DNA of 64,000 nucleotides, taken from NCBI GenBank assembly GCA_963813335.1, contig CAWEYL010000004.1, positions 93,252 through 157,251 on the forward strand. The letters are read 5' to 3'. This document shows, in pieces, positions 11,445 through 22,237 of this stretch (position 1 is its first letter; each line of letters starts with the position of its first letter). This stretch comes from an uncultured Chloroflexia bacterium (GTDB lineage Bacteria > Chloroflexota > Limnocylindria > Limnocylindrales > CSP1-4). Position numbers and translations under genes: made by a program. The notes under the pieces were generated by a model. It ran no database searches. It saw nothing but the letters and a program-made list of their open reading frames with translations, and had not been told where the DNA came from.

Positions 11445-12074
11445 TCAGGCGGCGCGCGCCGACTTGACCACCATCGAGTTCACGAAGACGTCGTGCCAGC
11501 CCTGCTTGGTCGGGCTGTCCGCGGTGGTCTTCAGCAGGAAGATGTACCAGGCCAGCGTGGCGATCGCGATGACGAACCCGAGGGTCCAGCCGAGCGAGAT
11601 CTGCGCCGCCTGGGAGAGGACCTGCGGACCAGCAAGGACAAGCCAGCGACGGACCGCCTGGTCCTGCTTGAGGGTCACCCCGTCGCCGGCGTTGCCGATC
11701 TGCATGCCGAGCGCCTTCATCCCGACCGTGCCGCGCATGGCCGTCCAGGTGTAGGTGTAGTACCCAGCGCTGATGGCCAGGCCGACGACGGAGCTGGCGA
11801 GGAAGCTCAGGATCCCGAAGCCGAGGATCCCGTAGAGGATACCGAAGACGATCACGTTGATGACCCCGAGGACGATCGCGTCGATGATCAGCGCGATGAT
11901 CCGGTTCGGGACGTCGGCGTAGACGAAACCAGGGGCGCCGACGACCGGCGCGGCGGCCGGCGCTGGTGGCGTCTGCCAGCCGCTCGTCGGCGGCGGGGCG
12001 GCTGCCGCGGGCGGCGGCGTGCCAGCCGCGGGCGGCGGGGTGCCTGGGTCGCTGGGGGTGCCGCTCTCGGTCAT
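11445..12074 (-). CDS. RDD family membrane protein with Pro-rich N-terminus
   Basis: [32 protein letters not shown]; GGAGG RBS. Confidence 0.85.
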   Translation of the reverse strand: MTESGTPSDPGTPPPAAGTPPPAAAAPPPTSGWQTPPAPAAAPVVGAPGFVYADVPNRIIALIIDAIVLGVINVIVFGILYGILGFGILSFLASSVVGLAISAGYYTYTWTAMRGTVGMKALGMQIGNAGDGVTLKQDQAVRRWLVLAGPQVLSQAAQISLGWTLGFVIAIATLAWYIFLLKTTADSPTKQGWHDVFVNSMVVKSARAA

Positions 12075-12215
12075 CGGGTCCTCCCTGTATCCGGCCACGA
12101 CGAGGCACGACGCTCGTCCTCGATGCGCAGGAGGATAGGCGCCCGCGAGGCGCTCGACTAGATGGCTTCGCAAAACGGGTCGAGGCGGCCGTCCGCCCGG
12201 AGCCCGCCGACCGCC

Positions 12216-13262
12216 CTAGGCGCGGACCTCCTGGCGCATGAACAGCGCGTACGCCGCCGCGAAGCAGACGACGGTCAGCGCGATGAGCACGACGACCTGC
12301 GGCCAGACCAGGAGCAGGCTCTGGTCCAGCGAGTTGATGCCCGGGATCTGCTGCTGCGACTGCTGGTACTGCCCGATGGTGGACGGGGTCGAGAGGTTCT
12401 TCAGGCCGAAGTCGGGGCGCAGCAGCACGTTCGAGATATCGGCGTAGAGCTGGCTCGGCAGCAGCCGCGAGATGAACTCGCGGACCTGGATGGCCCCGAG
12501 GACCTGGTCCGGCGTGGCGTTCCCGCCCGGCGTGACGAACCCCTGGACGAGGGTCACGATCAGCGGCCCGAAGATGGTGAAGACGAGCCAGATGCCGAAT
12601 CCGACCAGCGCCGACGTCGCCGCGCGCCGGATCGCGACCGACAGCAGCAGGCCGAACGAGAGCCACAGGGCGACGTACAGGAACGTGGCCAGGACCCACG
12701 CCACGAGCCGGACGACCTCCTCGCCGTGGGGCACGATGCCGAGGCGGAGCATCCCGAACCCGGAGATCAGCAGCACCACGGACACGAGGACCAGGCCGAT
12801 GATCGCGAGACCCGCGGCGAACTTGCCGTTGACGACGTCGTCGCGGTAGATGGGCTGGGACAGCAGGCGCGGCAGCGTGCCCTCGGAGCGCTCGCCGTTG
12901 ACCGCGTCGAACGAGAACGCCAGCCCGAGCAGCGGCGCGACGATCGCCACGAACGTCGCCACGGTCAGGATCGAGATGTCCGGCGACCCGAACCAGAACA
13001 GCGCGAGGAAGACCGCGGCCGAGCCGCTGGCCTGCGGCGCGAGCTGTCGGATCTGGTCGGCCGCGAAGTAGAGCGGGATGGCGGTCGCCAGGCCGAGGAC
13101 GACGAGCAGCACGAAGAACCGGATGCTCAGGATGTGGTCCGCGAACTCCTTGATGGCGACGATCCGCCAGCCGGCGGGCAGGCGCGGCAGGTCCTGCTCG
13201 ACCTCGACCTCGACGGGCGCGGCGGGCCGGGCCTGCCGGGCGGGACGCGTGGTGGCGCTCAT
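12216..13262 (-). CDS. ABC-2 type transporter permease
   Basis: KEFAD, FDAVNGERSEGTLPRLLSQPIYRDDVVNGKF, multiple TM helices, FMRQEVR end. Confidence 0.88.
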   Translation of the reverse strand: MSATTRPARQARPAAPVEVEVEQDLPRLPAGWRIVAIKEFADHILSIRFFVLLVVLGLATAIPLYFAADQIRQLAPQASGSAAVFLALFWFGSPDISILTVATFVAIVAPLLGLAFSFDAVNGERSEGTLPRLLSQPIYRDDVVNGKFAAGLAIIGLVLVSVVLLISGFGMLRLGIVPHGEEVVRLVAWVLATFLYVALWLSFGLLLSVAIRRAATSALVGFGIWLVFTIFGPLIVTLVQGFVTPGGNATPDQVLGAIQVREFISRLLPSQLYADISNVLLRPDFGLKNLSTPSTIGQYQQSQQQIPGINSLDQSLLLVWPQVVVLIALTVVCFAAAYALFMRQEVRA

Positions 13263-14284
13263 GCGGCGGTCTTTCCACCCGCGATCGCGCGGTCCGCGAG
13301 GCCTCGGCGGTGGAGCGCCGTCCGGTAGATGTCGTCGAGCGACGGCACCAGCGGCCGGAGCGAGGTCAGGCGCAGGTCGTTGTTGACGGCCGCGCCGAGG
13401 ATCGCCGTCCGGACGCTGGTCTCCTCGGCCGCAGGGCGCACCGAGATGTGCCAGGTCGTCGAGCGCCCGGTCGGGGCGATCACGTCGGTGACGTGGGGCA
13501 GGCCGCGGAGGATGGCCTCGGCGCGCTTGACCTCAGCGGCCTCCGTCCCCTCGAGGTCGACCTCGATGGCGGCCGAGCCGTCGCCGAACAGGCTGGCCAG
13601 GCGGGCCATGGTGCCCTCGCCGACCATGCGGCCGGCCGCGAAGATCCCGATCCGGTCGCAGACCGACTGGACCTGGGTCAGCAGGTGGCTCGACAGCAGG
13701 ATCGCCAGCCCCTGCTCGTGGACGAGCGTCCGCAGGAGATCGAGGATCTCGACCACGCCGAGCGGGTCGATCGAGGTCGTCGGCTCGTCGAGGATCAGGA
13801 TGTCGGGGCTCTTCACCAGGGCGTCGGCGATGCCGAGACGCTGCTTCATGCCGCGCGAATAGGTCTCGACGGCGTCGTCGGCCCGGTCGGTCAGCCCGAC
13901 CTGGTCGAGGACGGACGACATCGCGCTCTCGGCCGCGGCGCCCTTGAGCCCGTTGAGCCGGGCGGTGTAGCGCAGGTTCTGGCGGCCGGTCAGGCCGCCG
14001 TAGAACCCGACGGCGTCGGGCAGATACCCGACCCGCCGCTTGACCTCGCGCGGGTGTCGCGTCGGGTCGAGACCGGCCACGAGCGCGTCGCCGCTCGACG
14101 GCTCGGTCAGCCCGAGCAGCATCAGGATCGTGGTGGTCTTGCCCGCGCCGTTCTGGCCGAGGAGCCCGAAGATCTCGCCCGGCCGCACCTCGAGGTCGAG
14201 GTGGTCGACCGCGGTGAGCGTGTCGTACCGCTTCGTCAGGCGGCGGGTCTTGATGAGGGGTTCGGCCCCCTCCGGTCGGCTCAT
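13259..14284 (-). CDS. ABC transporter ATP-binding protein
   Basis: GQNGAGKTT, YSRGMKQRLGIA, ILDEPT, SSH; ATGA overlaps at both ends. Confidence 0.9.
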   Translation of the reverse strand: MSRPEGAEPLIKTRRLTKRYDTLTAVDHLDLEVRPGEIFGLLGQNGAGKTTTILMLLGLTEPSSGDALVAGLDPTRHPREVKRRVGYLPDAVGFYGGLTGRQNLRYTARLNGLKGAAAESAMSSVLDQVGLTDRADDAVETYSRGMKQRLGIADALVKSPDILILDEPTTSIDPLGVVEILDLLRTLVHEQGLAILLSSHLLTQVQSVCDRIGIFAAGRMVGEGTMARLASLFGDGSAAIEVDLEGTEAAEVKRAEAILRGLPHVTDVIAPTGRSTTWHISVRPAAEETSVRTAILGAAVNNDLRLTSLRPLVPSLDDIYRTALHRRGLADRAIAGGKTAA

Positions 14285-15438
14285 CGTCGGCCGAAGCGGC
14301 GGAAGGTCCACCACAGGCCGACGAGCACGACCGCGATCAGCGCGATCCCGACCGCGCCCCACAGGAGCGAGGTCTCCACGGTCACGCGGATGTCGGCGCT
14401 GGCCGACGCGAGATTGGACGGCGCGGTCGCCTTGAAGGTCGTCACGTAGTCGCCCGCGATGGCGTCGCCGGACGGGGTCAGGTGGGCCGTGACGTTGGCC
14501 GGGACGTCGGTGGTGACGTCGACGGTCGGCGGATCGAACGTCACCGTCCAGCCGCTCGGCGGCGTCGCCGACAGGGCGACGCCCTGGACGGGCGCCGTGC
14601 CGGTGTTCGTGACGACGAGCGTCAGGTCGGTGACCGCGCCGGCGGTCGCGTTCGCGTTGAGCCGCTGGTCCGACGTCGAGAGGGTCAGCGAGTAGCTCCC
14701 GGTGATCTCGACGCCGAGGTCCTGGTGAGCGGTGCGCGAGCCGCTGGTGACGTCCACCGAGATCGGGTACTGGCCGGCGTCGATCGCGGCCGGCGCCTTG
14801 GCCGTGACGGTCACCGGCGTGGTCGCCCCGGCCTTCACGAGCGCGTTCGCGGCCTGGCTCTCGGAGCTCACCTGGGTCGTGATGGTCCAGCCGTCGGGAC
14901 CCGTGGCGACGCCCGTGAAGGTGAGGTCCTCGGAGGTGTCGTTATGGAGCGTGAGATTGAACGAGAACGTCGTCGTGGACGGGCCCTTGAGCGAGGGGAA
15001 GTCCGTGGTCAGGCTGACGTCGCCGGCGGCGTTCGGGGTGACCCGGATGTCGAGCGGCAGCGTGTCCGTCGCGGTCCCGGTCCTGGCCACGACCGCGATC
15101 CGCTGGGTCGCGGCGGCCGCGGCGGCCGGCACGGTCACGTCGAGGCGCACGGTCGCGGCGGTCGTCCCGCTGGTCTGGACGCCGTCGACGATGAACCCAC
15201 CGCCGAACAGCGACGCGGTCCAGTCCGCCGGCACGTCCTTGAGCGAGAGGTCGACCCGGGCCGACGTGTCGGTCTTGACCGAGACATCGAAGCTGACCTT
15301 CGTGCCGGGGGCGACGGCGACGCCCGGGTACGGGGTCGACAGGCTCACGGTGTCAGCTGCGGCCGCGGTCGGCACGCCCACGAGGATCAGGAAGGCGATC
15401 AGGCCGAGGGCGGCCATGCGACGTACGACGCGTCCCAT
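14281..15438 (-). CDS. Secreted/membrane-anchored NEW3 (NPCBM-associated) domain protein
   Basis: Signal peptide, repeated Ig-like beta domains (NTGTAP..V.LSATPPSGW, AIAGDY), C-terminal TM + FRRFGRR; typical partner of this ABC exporter. Confidence 0.8.
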   Translation of the reverse strand: MGRVVRRMAALGLIAFLILVGVPTAAAADTVSLSTPYPGVAVAPGTKVSFDVSVKTDTSARVDLSLKDVPADWTASLFGGGFIVDGVQTSGTTAATVRLDVTVPAAAAAATQRIAVVARTGTATDTLPLDIRVTPNAAGDVSLTTDFPSLKGPSTTTFSFNLTLHNDTSEDLTFTGVATGPDGWTITTQVSSESQAANALVKAGATTPVTVTAKAPAAIDAGQYPISVDVTSGSRTAHQDLGVEITGSYSLTLSTSDQRLNANATAGAVTDLTLVVTNTGTAPVQGVALSATPPSGWTVTFDPPTVDVTTDVPANVTAHLTPSGDAIAGDYVTTFKATAPSNLASASADIRVTVETSLLWGAVGIALIAVVLVGLWWTFRRFGRR

Positions 15439-15781
15439 ACTGGGTAGTACCTCCTCCAAGGATGATGTCAGCAGCGGTCGCGCGGAATCTGCGACCCGCG
15501 GCATGTCGAATCAACCAAGCGATGATGAAGACTCGTGAATCATCGCTGTGAACGCCCCGCCGGTGTTTGACGCAGGCCGGGTGCAGGGCGTATGGTAGAT
15601 GGGTTCCCGATCCGTCGCGATGATCGCGGTCGAGCGCCGACAAACCGGACGCTCCCAGCGCCTCGCCGGATCCTCATCACCGCTCCGGGCCGGATATGGC
15701 CGTGGAGCGAACGCATACCGGTCGCGCAGCCGATGGCCCACACCGCCATTCCCGGCGCGCCAGAAACGAGTACCCAGCACC

Positions 15782-15982
15782 ATGTTGTCCCGTTCCACCA
15801 CCTCGTCCCTTGCCGGACGACAGACGGCCATGCGCCGCATGCGCCGCCGCAGCTCCGCGGCGGGCACCGGCGTCCGGCCGCCCTACTGCAGCACCAACGG
15901 CTGCACCAGCTTCCTCGACGTCGATCAGACGACGGGGACCGCGACCTGCCCGATCTGCGGCTACGTCCGCCGATCGCACTAG
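15782..15982 (+). CDS. Small zinc-ribbon protein (start may be 15830)
   Basis: Arg-rich N-terminus then PPYCSTNGC…TATCPICGY. Confidence 0.6.
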   Translation: MLSRSTTSSLAGRQTAMRRMRRRSSAAGTGVRPPYCSTNGCTSFLDVDQTTGTATCPICGYVRRSH

Positions 15983-16083
15983 GGTCGCCCCGGCACCGCC
16001 GTCCGCGTCTCGCGCGCGGCCGTGCCGCACAACCTGACACGTCCAGCGGCTACGGTTGCCGCGTGCAACCGGAACGCGACTAG

Positions 16084-19000
16084 GTGGACCGCATCGACGG
16101 CCGCCCGGTCTATGCCGCCACGGACCTCGTCGCCTACCTCGCCTGCGAGCACCTGACCGCGCTCGAGCGCGCCGCCCAGGCCGGGCTCGTCCAGCGGCCC
16201 ATGCGCGATGACCCGGAGCTCGACATCATCCGCAAGCGCGGGTTCGAGCACGAGAAGCGCTATCTCGCCGACCTCGCGGCGGCGGGTCGCACGGCGGTCG
16301 AGATCACGCCGGACGGCTCCATCGAGGACCGCGGCGAGCAGCTCCGCGCCGCGGCCACGGCCACGATCAAGGCCATGGCGGCCGGGGCTGACGTCATCTA
16401 CCAGGCCACCTTCTTCGATGGGACCTGGCGCGGCCACGCCGACTTCCTCCAGCGGGTCGACGACCCCGCCCGGCCATCGACCTGGGGTCCATGGCACTAC
16501 GAGGTCGCCGACACCAAGCTCGCCCGCCACGTCAAGGCCAGCGCCGTCCTCCAGATCTGCTCGTACGTCGACCAGCTGGAACGCCTCCAGGGGGTCCGGC
16601 CGGAATGGATGTACGTCGCCCTCGGCGGGAGCGCCCGGGCCGTCGAGCGCCTGCGGGTGGACGACTTCATGGCCTACTACCGCGGGGCCAGGGATCGCTT
16701 CCTCGCGACGGTGGCCGACCCGGCCACGGTCGCGTTCCCGCCCGTCGGAAGCTACCCGGAGCCGGTCGACCATTGCGCGGTCTGCCGCTGGGCTCCCGAA
16801 TGCGCCGCCCGCCGGCGGGCCGACGACCACCTGAGCCTCGTGGCGGGCATCAGCGGCCGCCAGCGCCGTGCCCTGGAGGAACGCGGGATCACGACCCTCG
16901 AGGGCCTCGGCGACGCACCGCTGCCGTTCGTCCCGCGGATCGAGGGCACCGGCGAGGCCGCGATGGAGCGCGTCCACGAGCAGGCCCGCATCCAGCTGGA
17001 GGGCCGGCGGGCCGGCGGTCGGCCGCGCTACGAGCTGCTCCTGCCGGAGCCCGGGCTGCCGATCGACCCCGAACGCGGCCTGGCGACGCTGCCGCCGCCC
17101 TCCCGCGGCGACCTCTTCTTCGACATCGAAGGCGACCCGTTCGCGCTCGACGACGGGCTGGACTATCTCTTCGGCGTGCTCGACATGGACGGGGTGTTCC
17201 ACCCGATCTGGTCGCGCGACGAGGCGGGCGAGTTCACCCTGGCCGGTGAGCAGGCCGCCTTCGAGCGGCTCATGGACTTCATCGCCGATCGCCTGCGCGA
17301 GCACCCGGACCTGCACATCTACCACTACGCCCCGTACGAGCCCACCGCGCTCAAGCGCCTGATGGGCCGCTACGGGACCCGCGAGGACGAGGTGGACGCC
17401 CTGCTCCGCGGCGGTGTCCTCGTCGACCTGCTGCGCGCCGTCCGCCAGTCGCTGCGCGCCTCGGTCGAGAGCTACTCGATCAAGAAGATGGAGGCGTTCT
17501 ACGGGTTCACCCGGGAGGTCGACCTGCGCGACGCCGGATCGAGCATCGTCGCGTTCGAGCAGTGGCTCCAGCTCGGCGAGGGCGAGCGACCCGCGGCCGA
17601 TCAGCTCGACCGCATCGAGCGCTACAACCGCGACGACGTCGTCAGCAACCGGGAGCTCCGCGACTGGCTGGAGGGGCTGCGCACCGAGCTCGCGACGCTG
17701 ACCAGGCAAGACGTCCCCCGGCCCGGCCCGCGCGCCGAGCTGCCGGAGAACGTCTCCGAGGAGTTCGCCGCGACGCAGGCGCTCGTCGACCGCCTGGCGG
17801 ATCCGGCGATCGTGCCGATCGAGCCCGGCGAGCGCACGCCCGAGCAGCAGGGCCGCTGGCTCCTCGCCCAGCTCCTCGGCTGGCACCGCCGCGAGGACAA
17901 AGCCACGTGGTGGGAGTTCCACCGCCTGATGGACCTCGACCCGAGCCAGCTCATCGACGAAACGGCGCCGATCGGCGGCCTGGTCCCGGTCGGACCGGTC
18001 GCCGAGCCGGCGAAGGGCAAGCAGGTCTGGCGCTACGCCTTCCCGGACCAGGAGTACGACCTCGGCCGTCCCGGGACGCTGTACGACCCGCGCCGGAAGG
18101 CCGCGGCACCCGACGAGAAGTACTCCACGTGGGCCTGTGGCGAGCTCGTCGCCATCGACGTGGCCGCCCTCACCCTGGATATCAGGCGCGACCCGGACGG
18201 GCCGCATCCCGAGGGCGTCGTCCCGCTCGGCATCATCGGCACGCCGCAGCACCGCGAGCGCCTGCGCGAGCTCGGCACGTGGGTCGCCGACCACGGCATC
18301 GATGCCGACGGACCGGACCGGGCCGCGCGCGACCTCCTGATGGGGCGACCGCCCCGCGCAGGCCAGCCCATGGCCGAGACGCTGCGCACGCCCGGCGAGA
18401 CGGACCTCGAGGCCGCGCGCCGGCTGGCCCTCTCGCTCGACCGGACGGTCCTGCCGATCCAGGGCCCGCCGGGAGCCGGCAAGACGTACAGCGGCGCCCG
18501 GATGATCGTGACCCTGCTGGCGGCGGGCAAGCGGGTCGGCATCACCGGGACCAGCCACAAGGTCATCGGCAACCTCATCACCGCGGTCCTCACTGCAGCG
18601 GACGAGGAGGGCATCATCGTCCGGCCGATCCAGCACGGCCCGCCCGACCAGGTCCACGCGGACGAGCGCGTCATCAAGTCGAAGAACGGTGCGGCCGATG
18701 TCGCCGACCAGCTGTCGGATGGACGGGCGAACTTCGCCGCCGGCACGAGCTGGCTGTGGGTCTCGCCACGTCTCGTCGGGGCGATCGACGTGCTGTTCGT
18801 CGACGAGGCCGGCCAGATCTCGCTGGCCAATGTCGTGGCCGTCGCGCGCTCCGCCGAGAGCCTCGTGCTGCTCGGCGACCCGCAGCAGCTCGATCAGCCG
18901 ACCCAGGGCTCGCACCCGCCCGGCGCCGACGGCTCGGCGCTCGCCCACGTCCTCGGCGGCCACGCCACCATCCCGCCGGACCGCGGCCTGTTCCTCGAGA

Positions 19001-19680
19001 CCACCTGGCGGCTGCATCCGGCCCTTGCCAGGTTCACGTCCGAGGTCTTCTACGACGACCGGCTCGAGTCCGAGCGCAACCTCGGGGTCCAGCGCCTCGA
19101 GGCCGGCGGCTGGGACCTCGACGGCGTCGGGCCACGCATCGTCGAGGTCCCTACCGCGGGTGCCGACAACGAGTCACCCGACGAGGCCGCCGCGGTCGCA
19201 TCGATGGCGCACGCCCTGGTCGAGGGCGGGGCGTCGTGGATCGATGCGAAGGGGGTCCGGCGTCGGCTCACGTGGGAAGACGTCCTGATCGTCGCGCCCT
19301 ACAACGCCCAGGTCGGGACGATCGCGCGGCTGCTCCCCACGCGCGCACGCGTCGGCACGGTCGACAAGTTCCAGGGCCAGGAGGCGCCGGTCAGCATCTA
19401 CTCGCTGACGACGTCGAACCCGGAGCTCGCGCCGCGCGGGATGGACTTCCTGTACAGCGGCCACCGCCTCAATGTCGCGACGTCGCGAGCCCGCTGCGTC
19501 GCGGTGGTCATCGGGTCGCCGGACCTGTGGCGCGTCCGCGCGCGCACGCCGGCCCAGATGCGGCTGGCGAATGCGTTCTGCCGCTTCGTCGAGATGGCCC
19601 AGGCGCCCCCCGACGATCCCGCGAGCGGTGCCCCGGACCACGGCGCCACCCTTGAGGTCCTGACGCTCGGCCTCGACTGA
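16084..19680 (+). CDS. TM0106-family RecB-like nuclease fused to RNase-H-like domain and SF1 (DNA2/UPF1-like) helicase
   Basis: ADFL…DTK…LQ nuclease motif, FFDIEGDP/SYSIKK/YNRDD RNase-H-like domain, QGPPGAGKT, VDEAGQ, LGDPQQL, PYNAQV, TVDKFQGQE, RLNVATSRA. Confidence 0.92.
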   Translation: MDRIDGRPVYAATDLVAYLACEHLTALERAAQAGLVQRPMRDDPELDIIRKRGFEHEKRYLADLAAAGRTAVEITPDGSIEDRGEQLRAAATATIKAMAAGADVIYQATFFDGTWRGHADFLQRVDDPARPSTWGPWHYEVADTKLARHVKASAVLQICSYVDQLERLQGVRPEWMYVALGGSARAVERLRVDDFMAYYRGARDRFLATVADPATVAFPPVGSYPEPVDHCAVCRWAPECAARRRADDHLSLVAGISGRQRRALEERGITTLEGLGDAPLPFVPRIEGTGEAAMERVHEQARIQLEGRRAGGRPRYELLLPEPGLPIDPERGLATLPPPSRGDLFFDIEGDPFALDDGLDYLFGVLDMDGVFHPIWSRDEAGEFTLAGEQAAFERLMDFIADRLREHPDLHIYHYAPYEPTALKRLMGRYGTREDEVDALLRGGVLVDLLRAVRQSLRASVESYSIKKMEAFYGFTREVDLRDAGSSIVAFEQWLQLGEGERPAADQLDRIERYNRDDVVSNRELRDWLEGLRTELATLTRQDVPRPGPRAELPENVSEEFAATQALVDRLADPAIVPIEPGERTPEQQGRWLLAQLLGWHRREDKATWWEFHRLMDLDPSQLIDETAPIGGLVPVGPVAEPAKGKQVWRYAFPDQEYDLGRPGTLYDPRRKAAAPDEKYSTWACGELVAIDVAALTLDIRRDPDGPHPEGVVPLGIIGTPQHRERLRELGTWVADHGIDADGPDRAARDLLMGRPPRAGQPMAETLRTPGETDLEAARRLALSLDRTVLPIQGPPGAGKTYSGARMIVTLLAAGKRVGITGTSHKVIGNLITAVLTAADEEGIIVRPIQHGPPDQVHADERVIKSKNGAADVADQLSDGRANFAAGTSWLWVSPRLVGAIDVLFVDEAGQISLANVVAVARSAESLVLLGDPQQLDQPTQGSHPPGADGSALAHVLGGHATIPPDRGLFLETTWRLHPALARFTSEVFYDDRLESERNLGVQRLEAGGWDLDGVGPRIVEVPTAGADNESPDEAAAVASMAHALVEGGASWIDAKGVRRRLTWEDVLIVAPYNAQVGTIARLLPTRARVGTVDKFQGQEAPVSIYSLTTSNPELAPRGMDFLYSGHRLNVATSRARCVAVVIGSPDLWRVRARTPAQMRLANAFCRFVEMAQAPPDDPASGAPDHGATLEVLTLGLD

Positions 19681-19705
19681 GCCGCGACCCTATCATCGGG
19701 CGAAC

Positions 19706-20972
19706 ATGCGCCTTGCCGCCGCGATCCCGGCCGCGCGTCTCGATGAGCTCCGCCGACGGAGCACGTGGTCGCTGGTCGCCGGCGTCGCGTTCGGCAGCAC
19801 CGGCCATATCGCCGCGGTCACGGTCGCTGCGATCGTCGCCCAGCACCTGGGCGGGAGTGCGCTGTGGAGCGGCGTCGCCGGGGCGACGGTGGTCCTTGGG
19901 GCCGCTGCTGGCGCGGTCTCGCTGTCCGCGATCATGACCCGGCGCGGACGACGGATCGGCCTCGCCACGGGCTATGTCGTCGGGGTGGGCGGCGCGGTCG
20001 TCGCCACGGTCGCCGTCATCGGCGTGTCGCTGCCCCTGCTCCTGCTCGGCACCTTCTTCATCGGGTTCGGCAACGCCTCGAACCAGCTGTCGCGCTACGC
20101 CGCCGCGGACATGTACCCGGACAGCCGGCGAGCGTCGGCCATCGGCCTTGTCGTCTGGGGCGCGACGGCCGGGGCGATCATCGGGCCGAACCTCGTGGCG
20201 CCCGCCGGCGCCTTCGCGGTCCAGATGGGCCTACCGGAGCTGGCCGGCCCGTACTTCGTCCCGATGATCTTCGTCGGCGCCGCCGCGATCCTATCGTGGA
20301 CGCTGCTCCGCCCGGATCCCTACGACCTCGCGGTCGGGACTGCCCGGCCGCATCCGGACGCCCCGGATGCCTCGATCGCGGTCTCGCTCCGCTCCGTGCT
20401 GGCCCGCCCGCACGTGCCGGTCGCCATCGTCGCGCTGGTCACGGGGCAGGTCGTGATGGTGCTGATCATGACGATGACCCCACTGCACATGACCGAGCAC
20501 GGCCACACGCTCGGCGCGGTCGGGCTGGTGATCAGCGGGCACACGTTCGGGATGTTCGGGCTCTCCCCGTTGTCGGGCCGCATGACGGACCGCTTCGGGA
20601 GCGTGCCGGTCGATCCTGGCCGGCCTCGCCACGCTGGCGGTCTCGGCGGTCATGGCCGCGACCGCCCCGCCCGAGGGCGGCGCCTGGCTGTTCCTCGCGC
20701 TGTTCCTGCTCGGCTACGGCTGGAACCTCGGCTACGTCGCGGGATCGGCGCTGCTGACCACGGGCCTCTCGATCGTCGAGCGGACCCGGCTCCAGGGCGT
20801 CACCGACGCGCTGATCTGGAGCTCCGCGGCCGCGGCCAGCCTGACCTCCGGCGTGATCATGGCCGCGGCCGGGTTCGCGGTCCTGGGCCTGATCGGCGCG
20901 GCGATGATCGCGGTCCCGGTCACGCTGATGCTGGCGCGCCGGTCGGTGGTGGTCGCGTCCTCGGCCAGTTAG
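19706..20972 (+). CDS. MFS transporter (frameshift near 20611)
   Basis: About 12 TM segments over two frames, GRRIG, RYAAAD, HTFGMF, GRMTDRFG, GWN. Confidence 0.87.
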
Positions 20973-22237
20973 GCGCCGATCTCCCGCACGACCCAGGCGG
21001 CCAGCACGGCCGCGCACGCCTCGACCTCGTCGAGCGGCACGTGACTCGTCGGCGCTGTGGGCCACCTTGACGTCGCCCGGGCCGAAGATCACGCACGGGG
21101 TGCCGCCGACGTTGACGAACATCTGCATGTCGGCGCCGTAGGGCTCGCCGAGCAGCGCCGGCCGCCGGCCGGTGACGGCCTCGACCGTCGCCGCCAGCCC
21201 GACGGGCAGCGGGTGGTCCGACGGGAGGCGCGCGGACCCGAACCGCCCGCCGGTGATCTCGACGGTGGCCGGGTGGTCGCGCAGGAAGTCGTCCGCGGAG
21301 CACGCGGTCGCGATGCACGTCCGCAGCTCCGCCTCGGCTTCGGCCGCGGACTGCCCGAGCCGCACGCCGTAGCGCCCGTCGGCGCTGACCCGATCGAGGA
21401 CGGTCGACGCCCATTCGCCGCCCCCCACGATCCCGATGATCGTCGGGTACGGCAGCCCGAGGGCGGTCATCAGCGGATCGGTCTCGGCCTCGTTGCGGCG
21501 CGTCTCGTCCGCCTCGAGCGCCTGCGACAGCACGAACAGCTTGTCGAGCGCCGAGACGCCCTCGCGCCGCTGCGAGGCGTGGGCCGCGCGGCCGGGCACG
21601 GTCAGCCGGAACGTGATGGCGCCGGCATGGGCCACCACGATGTCGAGCGTTCGACGGCTCCGGGATGATCGCGAGGTCGCCGGTCACGCCGGCGCGGATC
21701 GCGGCGAGGGTCCCCTGGCCGCCGTCCTCTTCCGACGGGACGAGCACGACCAGGAGCTCGCCGGCGAGCCGGTCGAGGTCGCCCGCTCGCGCCGAGCGCC
21801 CGCACCGCGCCGAGGATCGCCGCCACGCCGCCCTTCATGTCGCAGGCGCCCCGGCCGTAGAGGCGCGCCGTCGCGGACCTCGCCGCCCCACGGATCGGTC
21901 GACCAGGTCGCGGGATCGCCGGGCGGCACCACGTCGAGGTGGCCGGACAGGATGACGCGCGGCGCCGCCGCCGCCACCGGCCCGCCCGATCACGACCGGC
22001 AGCGCCGTCCGCGGCATCTCCTCGCCCGGCCAGTCCGGGTCGGCGCGGACCGCCGCCGGGTCCGGTGCGACCACCTCGACCGCCAGGCCGAGCTCGCGGA
22101 GCGCGTCGGCGGCCCAGGCCGTCGACGCCTTCCTCGGACCCGGTGACGCTCGGCGTCCGCACGAGCGCCGCGAGGTCGGCGACCAGCCGCTCGCGATCGA
22201 TCGACGGCGCCGCCGCGCCGGCCTCGGCCTCAGGCAC
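20969..22237 (-). CDS. M20 peptidase, ArgE/DapE acetylornithine-deacetylase-like (several frameshifts)
   Basis: SGHLDVVPPGD, LYGRGACDMKGG, PSEEDGG, IIPEPS, GRAAHAS, PGDVKVAHSADE in different frames. Confidence 0.85.
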
